A DNA stretch of 64,000 nt, the filler included, from Jimgerdemannia flammicorona (taxonomy: Eukaryota): NCBI GenBank assembly GCA_003990765.1. It is 3 parts of 3 records of this genome, joined end to end, with 100 filler letters (N's around TTAATTAATTAA, not from the genome) between each part and the next. Parts side by side here need not be neighbours in the genome. Positions count along the whole stretch, not along the records: positions 21,612 to 43,120 come from RBNJ01001437.1; 2 more parts are not named here. One strand, given 5' to 3'. Shown here piece after piece: positions 21,612 to 34,409 of the stretch. Position numbers and translations under genes: made by a program. Each line of letters opens with the position of its first letter. Within the stretch, counting starts at the first letter, position 1. Below the pieces are notes generated by a model that was not told the DNA's origin, made no database searches, and saw only the letters and a program-made list of their open reading frames with translations.

Positions 21612-24600
21612 CACCCTCCATCTCCCCCTGCCCAAGCACCACCCGATCACCCACGACCTGAACCTTCCCACCACTCTTCTGGGAGATACACTGCACCAAA
21701 CCCCTGCGGTACCCCCCACCTAGACCCCAACCCTGCCACCAGCTGTTTAAAATGTCCAACAGCAACCATTCCCACCGTGCCACCTTCTCCCCCACCCCAA
21801 CCTGACGCCCATCCTCAAATATATATACCCAATGCCCGGCCAACCCGACCCACATAGCCAAGGCCCAGCCAAGGGTCAGCCATTCATCCCTGACCCCACC
21901 CACTAGTCGCCGGCGAAGCTCTCCCCATCTCCCCACTCCCTCCCCTCTCCCAGCTCCCAACCCTAACCTGTCCATTATACATTTCCAGAACTCCCCCAAA
22001 ACCTCACACTCGCCAAGCCAATGTTCAGGTGATTGTACCACTCCTCCCTCCTGACCAACATTGAAACATTTCTCGCACTCGAAAACCCCTCCATCCACCA
22101 AGTGACCAGACCGATAATTCAGCATCACATTCCGCCGAAGGACCCGCCACCATGCCAGCCAGAACTTGGGGGGCAGCCACTGCCTCACCCGTTTGCTCCA
22201 AAGCCAGAGCCCATTCCAATCCCATGTCTCTCCAATTCCAACCCTCTGCCAGGCTTCAGGCCACAGGTCTCTGCCTAGGCCTCGCAAGCACTCCAGACCC
22301 TCGCTAAGCTGAAAGTCCTCCACCATAACACCACCCAATAGAAGTCTGTCCCATTTCCACATCTGCGGTCCCCAAACCTCCTCGGCCTCGTCACCTCGCC
22401 ACCGAAGGCCGATTTTTTTAGCACCATCCACTGCTCCCCACCAAAAGCCTGTAAACCGCATCCTCCGGCTCCCTTCCATGGCCACCATTGCAAGCAAGTC
22501 ACCGGAGCCACCACGTGGGGAGTATCGAACATCCCACAACCTCTGCATGAGTGGCACCCACTCCCGACCTTGAAGCTCACTCGCCCTCCTTAGCCACCAG
22601 GCCCTCAGACATAAAAGCCGCTTAGTAAAGTCCACTAAGCTCAGTCCACCTCTTTCCAAGGGCAATGTGAGCACCTCCCAACCAACCTGGCTCCGCTGCC
22701 CTCCCCAGATCTATGACCTCGCCACCTTCAACAACCTCTTAACCACCCACAGTGGGAAATCCAAATGATACCCAACATACCACAGTTTCGGCATCCAGTA
22801 CACATTCAACACCATCACCCTTCCAGCAAGGGACATATGCCGGCCTCCCCATCGCATCAAGACATCACCCCACTCCAGCAGTTTATGGTCCCACCATGCC
22901 TGGGGAAGAAGAGATCCGAACACCGAAAAGTAGATCCCCAAGTAGCGCACCAGCTCACCAGCCGGAACCACTGTCTCAATGACATCACCACCAATGATCC
23001 CAGCACCCAGCACCAGCGTCTCACATTTGTGCCAGTTCAGTTTAGCACCAGAACCTCGCTCATACCATTCCAACTCTCCAACATCCCCCAAGGAACCCAG
23101 GCCGACCACCATGTCATCAGCAAAGGCCCCCACCTTCCAGTTCACCCCTAAAATGTCCAATCCGCCAATCCTACACCGAATCCTGTCTAGTAGTGGCTCC
23201 AGGGAAAGGGCATACAATATGGGTGACAAGGGGTCCCCTTGTGGCACCCCACGGCCCAGGAGAAAGGTCACCCCCCGGTGGCCATTGATGACCAATGCCA
23301 CCTGACTGTCCTCCAAGAGGCTGACCAACGACCCTCAGAACCCCAGGGGGATACCAATCCGCTTCAGCACTCCCTCCAGCCATATTCTCCGCACTCTATC
23401 ATAGGCCTTCTTCTGGTCCAGAAATACCAATCTGCCATCCACCCCTGTAGCCCGAGCACCTTCAATCACTCCATGAACCCAGGCCGTCCCATCTCGAATC
23501 AACCGACCTCCGACAAACCCATGTTGCTCCACTCCAAGCACCTGCTGCATGATCCCTTGCAACCGCAACACCACGATCTTCGTCACCAGTTTGCGGTCCA
23601 TGTCCAGAAGCATGATAGGCCTCCAGTTCTTCCATTCCTCCCTTTTGCCCTTATTCTTATAAAGCAAGGAGACCAGCCCCAAGCACTGTCCCCCAATCCA
23701 GGCACCAGACCAAAGAACTTCATCACACATAGCCCTCATTTCCTCCAGTACCTCACGCACCCCTGTCATCTTCCGCCAAAAATCCCAGGGGAGTCCATCC
23801 TCTCCCGGGGCTGTCCCTTTACTCGTAGACGCCACCACCTTGCAAATCTCCTTGCTGCTCACTGGGTCCCCCAATGCCCCAAGTCCCATGGCTGGGTCCG
23901 GGTGCCAATTCCCCAGCTGCCTTTCAATGTCCAGAGCATCCAGTCCTCCTTCATCCTCACTCCAAAGGTTCCCCCACTGGGTTCGCAATAGTTCCAAAAT
24001 CGCCAGGGTCCTCACCACCAGCTCGCCATCATCATTCAAAACTCCCTCCCACCGCTGCCTCGTTCGTCATGCTTGTAACAACCGTGACAAGAACCTGGTA
24101 GGCCTCTTCCCTTCCTCCAGCCCCTGCCACCGCAAGCGGGCCACCATCCCCTGTAGTTGTTCCTCTTCCTCTCTCCGAAGCACCCCCTTAAGTTCCTCCA
24201 CCTCCTGCCGGATTCTAGCGATATGCCAATCAGCCTCAGCCCTATCCTCCAGCACACCTGCCAATCTTTCCATGAGTGCCGCCAAATGCCGCGAGGCCCA
24301 CATCACCTGCCGCCTTCGCTGAGCACTCTTTCCTTTCCCCGCTTCCCTCCAATACCCCTGAGCCTTCATCTTCAACCTCCTCCAGCAGTCCCCAATTGCC
24401 AGGCCTTGATCCTGCCACCTACTGATATCCCCAACCACCTCTGTTTCCCAACCCTCCCACAATGTCCTATCCTCCAACAAGGAAGAGTTTAGCCGCCAAT
24501 GTCCAGGCCCATCCTCATTTCCCCCAAACCTCCCCCCTCCAAGCAACCCCCAGTGATCAGACCATGGACACCATATGACTCCCAGTACCGTCCAGACATC

Positions 24601-25232
24601 CACTCCCCAACACTCGGCTGTTAGCACCCAGTCAATCCTAGAGCCCAATCCTGCTGCCCAATGGGTATACACCCGCCGATCCGCCCAAAAATGTCTCCCG
24701 GCATCCACTAAGGAGCACAACCTTTCCGTCTCCAACCAGTCCGCCAGCCCACTACTCTCACCTCGCATGCCTCTCCCTCCATCAGTTCTGTCCAACTCCT
24801 TATCTTGCACCATGTTGAAGTCCCCCCCCATACAGTCAAACCAAACTTCTCCCAATAATCCAGCCTCTTTCAATCTGCGAATCCAATCCACCCTCTCCCC
24901 TCTCTCAGCTGGGCAGTAGCAAGACCCAACCGTCAGCGAGCCCCATCCAGGCCTTTTCCATACTCCCCACACCACATGCGACTCCCTATGTCCAATGTCC
25001 CCAATGTCCCCCATCCCTTTCCGAACAAGAATACCCACTTTCCCTCTCCAAACTACCACACCCCCCCATTCCTTAGTCCAATCCTGTAAATCCACATCTG
25101 CCTCATACCGAACATCCTGTAACAAGAAGAGGTCTGCATCCAGATCCCGAAGCCAACAAAAATATACTTCCTCCTAGCCACCCCCCATAGTCCATTAACG
25201 TTCAATGAGAATATCCTAGTTGTACTGTTCAT
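21612..25232 (-). pseudogene. LINE ORF2 (copy 2) with a few frameshifts and stops
   Basis: MNSTTRIFSLNVNGL, GGDFN, SRIDW, SDH, WRPIMLL, GVPQGDPLSP, FADD, CEKC...HWLGEC. Confidence 0.92.
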
Positions 25233-25263
25233 ATTGAGTAGATATTGTAGAAGAGACCCCAAT

Positions 25264-26982
25264 CTATAATTCCATGCTCATCTCATCCCTCGCCAAGTCC
25301 AAGAGCTGCTCAGCTTCCAATTCACCCTCCGCAATATCCCGAGCATCCAGTGCCCCCAAGATTTCCTGACACTCCACCCTGTCCACCTCCTCCATATCTG
25401 CCCTGTAGTCCAAGCAGACTACGTGCCACTTCTCCAGTCCCTTCCTCGAGTTCCACAAGACAAGTGCCCTATCACTCACAATCCTTCTAAGCTCCTCCTC
25501 TCGCTGATCATCAACCTGATACTCAACAGACTCCAGGAGGACAGCCAGGATCTTGTTCCTCATCTTCCTCGGTACCTCTTCCCCATGTAGAATCTCTTCC
25601 CAATGCCTCTCCTCCATCACCCTGAAGTCCTCACCCCCCAGCTCCTCAGCCGCTACTCCTTCCAGAGTCTTCCACATCCACTTCTCCTCATCTACCACCT
25701 CTGCTGCCCCCTGAGCAATTTGTCCCCCATCCACCTCGGGGTCCACCAGCGCGCTCCTCCTCACCGACTCATCCCACTCTTCATCTGGCACATCCATCAG
25801 CTCCTCTTCGCCTCCTGTCCCATCCGGAACACTATACTGAGGGCATCCACCTTCGCACATTTCAGCATCCACCTCCAAGTTATCCTCCCTCCCCTCCCTG
25901 ACTCCAATCTGAGCCCTGCCCTGGGCCAACTCACCCCCTTCAGCCCAGGTGCTCTCCTGCAACCCTGCGGCCCCCTCTCTGGAGCTTCCACCCACCCTAC
26001 CTCCACCCATCTTCGCCAACAACTCCTTCTGGATCCTCCTCCCCTGCATCTTCTCCCAGGCCCCCTTCTCTATCCGAACCCTCTTTCCATCCACCTCCCC
26101 CACCACCGTCCTGGCCTCAAACTCCTTCCAGGCTAATCTCCTCCTCGCAACTGCCCCTTCCAGGTCCTCAAGAGCCTCCAACAGGTCCTCCTCCTCCTCC
26201 TGAGTCCCCTTCACCCTAGTGACCTTACACTCCACCTGTCCCCACCTCAGCACCGCCGGCCAGTCCCTTGACTTCCCCGTATTCTCCTTTCCAGCCAGTC
26301 TCTCCCTGACATCAACGTCTCCAGTTCTAAGCTCCATGCCCTCCCAGACCTTGAACCCAACATCCACAATCTCGCCATACTCCTTGATTGCCTCCACAAC
26401 CAACTCCCTGGTCCTTTCCTTCGACACCGTGGGAAGGTCCAACACTGTCAACTGCACCACCTGGGGGTCCCAGTGCATACACCGGGCCATAGGGACCACA
26501 ACCCTGCCAACCATCACCCCCTTCTCCATGGCTGCCAACAAGGCATCTTCCTCCTCAAACCCCACTTCGACCCCTTCCTTTCCTCTCAAGAACTTCACCG
26601 ACGCTGCCCCCTTAGCCTCCTGCGCCACTAGCCCCAAAATCATCCTCGCCGTCACTGCCAAGCCCCAGAAGCACATCGTGACTGCGAATTCGGACCTCGA
26701 CTTCTTGAGTAATGGGGCCGACACCATACCTATCACCTCATCCGCCAGGTCCCCGGGCCTCGTGCCCCCTCCAAGTCCCGAATTGCCAACCACCATCACA
26801 TCTGGATTTTTTGCCAGATCCCCAGTCACAGCCCCATCAACAGTCACATCTCTAGCCCCTACTCTGGCCCCTTCCCTACCACCATAAGCACCCTGGGATA
26901 CACCTCCCTGACCCCCATCAGTAGCCCTCGACGCCTTCCCCAGGCCCAGCCAACTATCCAGCCCAGACGCCATCCTCCCCAT
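25264..26982 (-). CDS. LINE ORF1 protein, 572 aa, intact
   Basis: Lies directly upstream of ORF2; RRM-like segment (LTVLDLP...IKEYGEIVDV); conserved in copies 1 and 3. Confidence 0.85.
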   Translation of the reverse strand: MGRMASGLDSWLGLGKASRATDGGQGGVSQGAYGGREGARVGARDVTVDGAVTGDLAKNPDVMVVGNSGLGGGTRPGDLADEVIGMVSAPLLKKSRSEFAVTMCFWGLAVTARMILGLVAQEAKGAASVKFLRGKEGVEVGFEEEDALLAAMEKGVMVGRVVVPMARCMHWDPQVVQLTVLDLPTVSKERTRELVVEAIKEYGEIVDVGFKVWEGMELRTGDVDVRERLAGKENTGKSRDWPAVLRWGQVECKVTRVKGTQEEEEDLLEALEDLEGAVARRRLAWKEFEARTVVGEVDGKRVRIEKGAWEKMQGRRIQKELLAKMGGGRVGGSSREGAAGLQESTWAEGGELAQGRAQIGVREGREDNLEVDAEMCEGGCPQYSVPDGTGGEEELMDVPDEEWDESVRRSALVDPEVDGGQIAQGAAEVVDEEKWMWKTLEGVAAEELGGEDFRVMEERHWEEILHGEEVPRKMRNKILAVLLESVEYQVDDQREEELRRIVSDRALVLWNSRKGLEKWHVVCLDYRADMEEVDRVECQEILGALDARDIAEGELEAEQLLDLARDEMSMEL

Positions 26983-27264
26983 CCTGACCTTGTCAGCAAA
27001 GGTCGTCCTCTCTCCTCCTCTCTACTGCAGACCGCCCCTTCCTCCGCCGCTGGGGCCACAGCCAGCCATCGAGGCCCCTGGCATCCCTAAGCCATCTCCC
27101 CTCCTCTCCACCTGCTGCCAGCCAAAGGCACCATCACCCCCCTGGCCAGTACGCTCACCAGATCGATTGTTGCCATCTATGTTGTTAGTCATCAGACACC
27201 AAAAACGTTGTAAAAGGTGTTGTCTGAGTCTTGTGTCACCCGAATGTTACTGGTGAAAGGTGTC

Positions 27265-30200
27265 CTCTAGCAGTGTTGGTACTTGGTAAAGTCCACCAGA
27301 CCCAGCTCTCTCCAGTCTACCAGTAATATCAATACCTTTCAGCTAATCTGACTCTATCTCTCTACTTATATCTATATGGCCATCTTCAATAATCTCTTGA
27401 CCACTCATGCTGGAAAGTCTAAGTAATACTTTAGATACTATAACTTAGGTAGCTAATATATATTCAACATTATCATTCTTTCTACCAGAGAGATATATTG
27501 ACCACCTTACTTCAGGAGAGAATTTCTCCACTCAATTAGCTACTATTCCAACTATCCCTGAGGCAATAAGGAACTATATACTGAGAAGTAGATTTCAGAT
27601 ACCAGACTGTCTCTTCTATTGAGATAACTGTTTCAATCACATTCTCTCCTACTATCTCTCTATCTAATATTAGAGTCTCATACTTATACTAGTTAAGCTT
27701 AGTATCTGAGCACTCCTCATACTATTCCACAGCCCTCTTCAGTACTATTACATCCTTTACAGAGCCCAGCTCTACCACTATATCATCAGCAAAGGCCCCC
27801 ACCTTCCAGTTTACTCTCAGAATATTCAACCCCCCCTGTGACTAATCCTATCCAACAGAGGCTTCAGAGAGAGGGTATAAAGGATTGACAACAGTGGGTC
27901 CCCCTGTGACACTCCTCTGCTCAGGGGGAATGACTCTCCCCTATACCTATTTATCAGAATAGCTGCCCAACTTCCCTCCAACAGATAGATCAAAGATTGT
28001 CTAAATCCTGAAGAAATCCACATATGCTTCAGTACTCCCTCTAGCTACACTCACTGGACCCTGTCATAGACCTTCTCTTGGTCCAGGAATATGAGCCAAA
28101 TATTGACCTCTATAGTATATACTCCTTCAATAACACCATGTACTCACACTGTCTTGTCTCTTATCAAATAACCCCCAATGAAGCCCCTCTGCTCTCTCCT
28201 CAATACCTGCTGAACTACTTCTTACAACTTAGTTATCAATATCTTTATAACTAACTTGCAATCCATATTCAGAAGTAGAATTGGCCCCCAGTTCTTCTAT
28301 TCCTCCCTTCTCTCCTTATATCTTATAAAACAGAGCTATAAGACCTAGACACTGCCACCCAATTCAAACACCTGAGCCAATAACTTCATCACACATCTAT
28401 ATCATCTTCTCTAAAACCAACTTCATACCTATCATCCTCTTCCAGAAATCTCAAAATAGACCATCCTCTCTAGGAGCTGTCCTGAGACTTATTGTCACCA
28501 ATACTCTACAGATCTCCTCTCCTTGGACAGATACTCCAAGTTCACCTAAGTTCTCTGCTGGGTCTGAGTGCCAATTCTCCAGATGCTGTTCAAAACCCAG
28601 TGCATACACTCCACTCTCCTCCTCACTCTACACTCACCTCTATCAGAAACTCAACTGGTCCAAGATCTCCAGAGTTCTGACCACTATCTCTTCAGTCTCA
28701 TTCAATACTCCTTCTCACTGCAGCCTTACCCTCTTTGCCTAAAGTAACCTTGATAAGAACTTCATAGACCTCTCTCCCTCTTTCAAGCCCTACCTTTGCA
28801 GCTAAACTTGCATATCCTTTATCTGTAATTCTTTCTCCTTTCTCAGCAGCCCCTATAGTTCCTCCACCTTCAGCCAGATCTGCTGAACTTTCCAATTCCC
28901 CTTCTTCTGGTCATTCAGTAAATCAGCCCACTTCTCCAATAGCTTCTTCAACCTCTGGGAAGCCCATCTCAAATAACTCCTCCTCTGAACACCCCTCTCT
29001 CTCCCTGTCTCTCTCCAGAACTATTGAGTATCTGATTTCAAATAGCACCAATGATCCCCAATCTCCAGCCCCTGTACTCTCTAGCTAATGATCCTGGAGC
29101 TAATATCTCCCTCTCATACATCTGACAAGAAAGACTCCCCCAGTAATAAAGTATTCAGAAACAATGTCCAGGTCTCTCCCCACTTCTCCTGAACCTTCCA
29201 CAATCTAGCAAACTCCAGTAATCTGACTATAGATACTAAACTGTCTCTAAAGAACTCCAGATATCTGCTCCCCAGCATTCAGCAGTCAAGATCCAGTCAA
29301 TTCTCAAACCCAGCCCTACTATCTAGTGAGTATAGATCCTGTAGTCTTTTCACCCAAGATGCCCAGTATTCACCAGTGAGCTCAGACTTTCAATCTCCTC
29401 CCAGCCTTCCATACTACTACTCCTATCAGCTATCTTCCTCTCTCTATCAGTCCTGTCTAACTGCACATCTACATCATATTAAAGTTTCCATCCAGATAAT
29501 TAATTTTCTCCACTATCATAGTATCTACATCTTATAGTTCTCTTATCTACTCTATATGCTCCCCTCTTTCTACTGAGCAATAATAGAACCCAATAGTCAA
29601 GAGACTCTAGCCCAGCCTCCTCTACACTCCCCACATCACCCTGCTCTCCCAATATCTAATGTCTCCAATATCTCTAATATCCCCCTTACTCTTCTGAACC
29701 AGAAGGCCCACCTGACCCTACCATATGACAACATCTACCCATTCTCTCATCTAGTCCAGCATATCTAAGTCCTCATCACATCCTATATTCTGCAGCAAGA
29801 ATAGATCTGTATCCAGCCTCTTTAACTAGCTGAAAATATTCTGATACCTCATTATATCCCTTAATTTATTGATATTCAAAGGAAAGATTTTAGTTGATAT
29901 TGAATAAGATTTGGAGAAACATCACCCATACTACAATTCTATACTCACTATATTACCAGCAACATTCAGGTTTCTCTCTGCCTCAGGCTCATCTACCTCT
30001 CTCTGCTGAGCATCTATTACTTCTAAGATTTCCTGACAGTTCTCACCATCCACTGCTTCCATGTTAGACCAGTACTCATCACACACTACCTGCTACTTTA
30101 CCAACATCTTTCTAAGATCCTATAGATAGACTATATGGTCATTTGTAATTACCAGAAGTACCACCTCTCTGTTATCATCTATCTTATAATTCTCTGTCTT

Positions 30201-31557
30201 CAATAGGCCCACCATTAGCTTATCTTAAAGATTCTGTACCATCTTTCCTCTCTGCAGAATATTATCCCAGTGTCTCTCACTAATTATATAAAAATCCACC
30301 TTATCTAACCCATCTACTACAACATTCATCAGTATCTTCCACAACTATCTCTTATCTCCTATAGTCTCATTGATACCTAGGGCCACCTCCTGCCCCCCAA
30401 CTCTCTGATCTCTCTCAGTATTTATTCTTACTGACTTGTTCTAGTCCTCCTTTAGCATATTCTGCAGCTTGTCCATTCCTCTTCCTCCTATGGACATGCC
30501 ATACTGCACTTGGGCCTCCTCTACCATCACCTCATCCTCAGCTACTGTACTCTGACTAGAGTCTCTACTCTCCCCCAGAGTCACTATAAGAGCCACTCCC
30601 TTCCATCCTGCTCAAGTACTAGCTCTCAATCTAACTTCTTCAGTGGTATTCTCCCCCTCTAGACCCAGAATCCAACATCTATTAGATCTCTATACTCTTT
30701 GATCATGTCAATAATCTGCCCTCCTTCTTTATTATGGATATATTTACCACTATCAGCTGTACCATCTGAGGGTCTCAGAGCAAGCATATAGCTATAGGGA
30801 TCACCATCTCTCTCACTATTACCCTCTTCTCTAATGCTCTCAATATCAAATCCTTCTCCTTGAAGCCTACCTCTACTCCTTCCAGATCCTTCAAGAACTT
30901 TACTGAGGCCACTCCTTTTACCTGCTGGCTCAGAAGCCCCAGAACCATTTTTACCATAACTACTAAGCCCTAGAAGCACAATGTGATAGTGAATTTAAAT
31001 ACTAATTTCTTGAGTAATAGTGCTACCACCAGACCTGCTATACTATCAGCCAGATCTCCAGGCCTTGTGTCCCCCCTCTGCTCAGTCCTACTATCAGTTA
31101 TTATATCTGGATTTTTTTTTCCAAATTAGCAGTCCCTTCTCCATCAGCAGTCCTTTTCTCTACTCAGTCACTACTCTTCCAGCCTCACCACTACTACTAT
31201 CTGGGGTGATCTCTCAAAGTCTAGCTACTCTCTCCTTTCTCTTATCTCTTTGTAGCCAATTCTCTAGGCTTATTGATAGACACTCAGTCTTAATATTGTC
31301 AGTATAGCTCACCTCTCCCATCCCTTGCCTAATAGCTCTGCTGTTTCCCCCTTGACATCCACCTGAAAGAGAGTCTAAAAGACTTCCCCCAAGCTATAAA
31401 TCCATTTAACATACTGTAGTTGAATGTACTAGAGCCACTCAGCCCAGTATACACCTCAGAATGATTAATGGTTTTCATATTACTATTACCTTTTCTCTAA
31501 AAGTTGTATTAAAAGTATTGTCAGAATTGTGTAATCAGAGTGATACTGGAGATAGGT
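27265..31557 (-). mobile_element. Older related LINE (copy 3), heavily mutated, 3' part missing
   Basis: Remnants RGVSQGDPLLSILYTLSLKPLLDRI and ASVKFLKDLEGVEVGF; 5' end CCTATCTCCAGTATCAC resembles the 5' end of copies 1 and 2. Confidence 0.82.
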
Positions 31558-31559
31558 AG

Positions 31560-33060
31560 CAGAAATATGCTCAGTTACTGCACAACTTCCCCTATAGAGA
31601 TAATAGTTTCAATGATGTTCCCATCTACCAAACTATTTTTCAGTACTATTATCTTATATATATATCAGTTTGGCTTTCTCATAGAGCACTTCTCATACTA
31701 GTCTACAGTAATTCTTTAATTCACTCACATTCTCAACAGAGCTAAGTCCAACCATAATATCATCCACTAATGACCCAATCTTCTAGATCACTCCCAGTAC
31801 TAGTAGCTCTGATATCTTGTGATGAATTCTATTTATTAATGGCTCCAATAATAATATATAAAGAATAAGAGACTGTTCTGGAGAACCCCTCTCTCTAATA
31901 AGAAAGTAGCACCATAATAATTATTATACAAAATTACCCCTCAGCTACTCTTCAATAGATAAATTATTAATAACTAAAATCTGTAAGAGATACTAATCTT
32001 AACCAATATCTTTCCTAGCCAGACTTACTAAATCTGATCACAAGCCTTCTTCTGATCTAGAAAGATCAGCTGGCTATTCTATCCTTATCCTCTCACTCAT
32101 ATCATAAACTCAGGGCAACTTATTTCTAATTAGTCTACTACTAATAAAACTCTACTGCTCAACTCCTAGTACCTGCTGAGCCATCTTCTGCAATATTATA
32201 ACAATCACCTTCATGATCAACTTTCTATCTATATTCAGAAGTGTAATTGGTCTCCAATTCTTCCAAACCTTTCTTCTGCTCTTATCATTAAACACCAGTA
32301 CCACTAGACTAAGATCCTGATCTCCAAGTCACTCTCTAGATATAAGAATAAGTTGCATAGTGCTGTCATCTCTCCAAACACCCCAGAGACTCCAATCATC
32401 TTCTTTCAGAAGTTCCAAGACAAGCCATCTTCACCAGAAGCTGTGCCCTACTTTATAGTTAGTAAGATATTCAGAATTTCATCCTCTTAGATAGATTGAA
32501 CTAAGTCCCTAAGACTATCTATATATCTGTAGATAGTGCCAGTCCTCTAGAGAGTACTCAAACTCTTCCTCATCAGTACTCCCTTCTCTTTTACTCTATA
32601 GGTCACCACACCTATATCATAGAGAACTTAAGATCCCCTGTATTCTATTTACTAAAATACTCTTCTCATCAAGTACTCTATTCTATCACTACCTCACCCT
32701 CTTCACCTAAAGAAGCCTAGACAGATATATACTTAGAAGTCCTCTCACTCTCCTCAAGCTCTTGTCACCTAAGTTGAGTCATCATATTCTATATATAAGT
32801 CATCAACTCTACCACCTCTTATAGAGTCTACCTCTATTTCATATCTTCCACATCCTCTTGCTCCAATATCTATTCTCACTCTAACTATAATCTTTCTATT
32901 CTACAGGAGGCCCACCTTATCTACTATCTCTGCTAAACTCTTATAAATCTATCAGCCTCATTTTAGTATATCTTGACAGCCTCTTTTACTTTTATCCAAT
33001 AGACCCCCACTTGGAACCCCTCATATTTCTAGTAAGTAATCTTCAACCCAATATTCTCTA
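31560..33060 (-). mobile_element. Very degenerate LINE ORF2 (RT) fragment
   Basis: Minus-strand remnants such as LIFLDQKKA, TASGEDG and WRPITLL in TpA-rich DNA; boundaries approximate. Confidence 0.6.
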
Positions 33061-34409
33061 CTAGAGAAAGGTATATAGATTTATTTGTTTTGATACTGAG
33101 ATAAAGAGTTAGAGTGAGAATAGCCACTTGTTTAGTCAGGATAGTTATCATTTTATTTGTAAATATTATTTTCTTTATTTTAATTATCTAAGTAATAGAT
33201 ATAATCTTTCTTCAAATACTATTGTCTCAGGAGTAGTATGGCATATAGTTGTTCCTTCTATAATATTACTGAGATGAGTAAATTTTGTAACTAGTTTATA
33301 GATTGTAGTTTTTATAGTATTGTTACTAGATCTTCTATAGTAATTCTTAGTTAGCTTGATGTTCTTAGTAGTGGGTTTATAGCAGTACTGGGGTCATTAG
33401 TATTAGACTCTGGTATTTCTTCTATTACTTTTCTGAGTCAGAATAATATAGTAGAGACTTTGCTAAGACTAGCAGTCTGTAGTTCTTGATATTAAATTAT
33501 CTTTACTAGTATATAGAAGATATAGTAATAGAGATAGAATTTTCTCTAGTTGGTATAATATCTCTTATAATTTAGAAAGGCCTTGGGTTTATAGTAATTG
33601 TTATTAGAGAGAAAGTTTAGAAAATGTTTATTTATAGCTTTGATAGATTCTCATATATATTTCTTATACAAATAACTACTGATTAGCTTTTTGAAATCTT
33701 CTTTGATATCTTTGATATAGGGGACTTCTTTGTTAAGTATTATTAATATAATGAATACTTCTTGTTTAATCTTGTTGTTAAGTTTGTTAAATTTCTCTTA
33801 GCTGGTATAGATCTCAGTTTACTCTGTAATAATTCTATTTACTTTTTCAGCTTAGTTCTATGGAGTAGCCAGAGTGAAGATGTTTCACAATTATTACTAT
33901 CAGTGTTGGTAATATTGGGTGGATTCTTTTGAGGTTTCTGTATTTATAATAGATACTTGAGAAAGATTACTCATAGGTGAGAGAACTTCTGCTATACAAA
34001 ATTGTAATAAAACTATATATTAATAGAATTAACATATTATATATAATCTTAGGTAAAAATTGGCTCTAAGTTCTGAGTTCAATAAGAAAGTACTAAGTTT
34101 CAATTATCTATTACTGAGATAAAGTTTAAGTATTGCTTTTAGGTTTCTGTGTTAAATTGAGATACTGTGCTTATATTCTAAGTTAATCAGGCTTAGAATT
34201 TTTAATAAGTTAGGTCTAAGTGTTTTTAATAAGAATACTGCTTTATTCTTAAGAGGAGGAAGTAGAGCTGAGATTACAATTCACTCAGTATAGAGAATAT
34301 TTATTATGACAGTTGATCTGAATTAGGAATAAAAATCAGATAAATAGATATTTGATCATAATATCTGAATCTAATTCTCAAATATAGTATAGTCTCACAA
34401 ATAGTAGTT

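Larger units (their letters stand above)
21498..27260 (-). mobile_element. L1/Tx1-like LINE copy 2 (least decayed; 3' end crosses an assembly gap)
   Basis: Same 5' end CCTTTCACCAGTAACATTC as copy 1, intact ORF1, ORF2 in long pieces, T-tract at 21498-21510 as probable poly(A). No TSD found. Confidence 0.92.

Noticed and set aside
33060..34400. Possible decayed minus-strand gag plus LTR
   Set aside because: Too degenerate to support boundaries or domains by eye.
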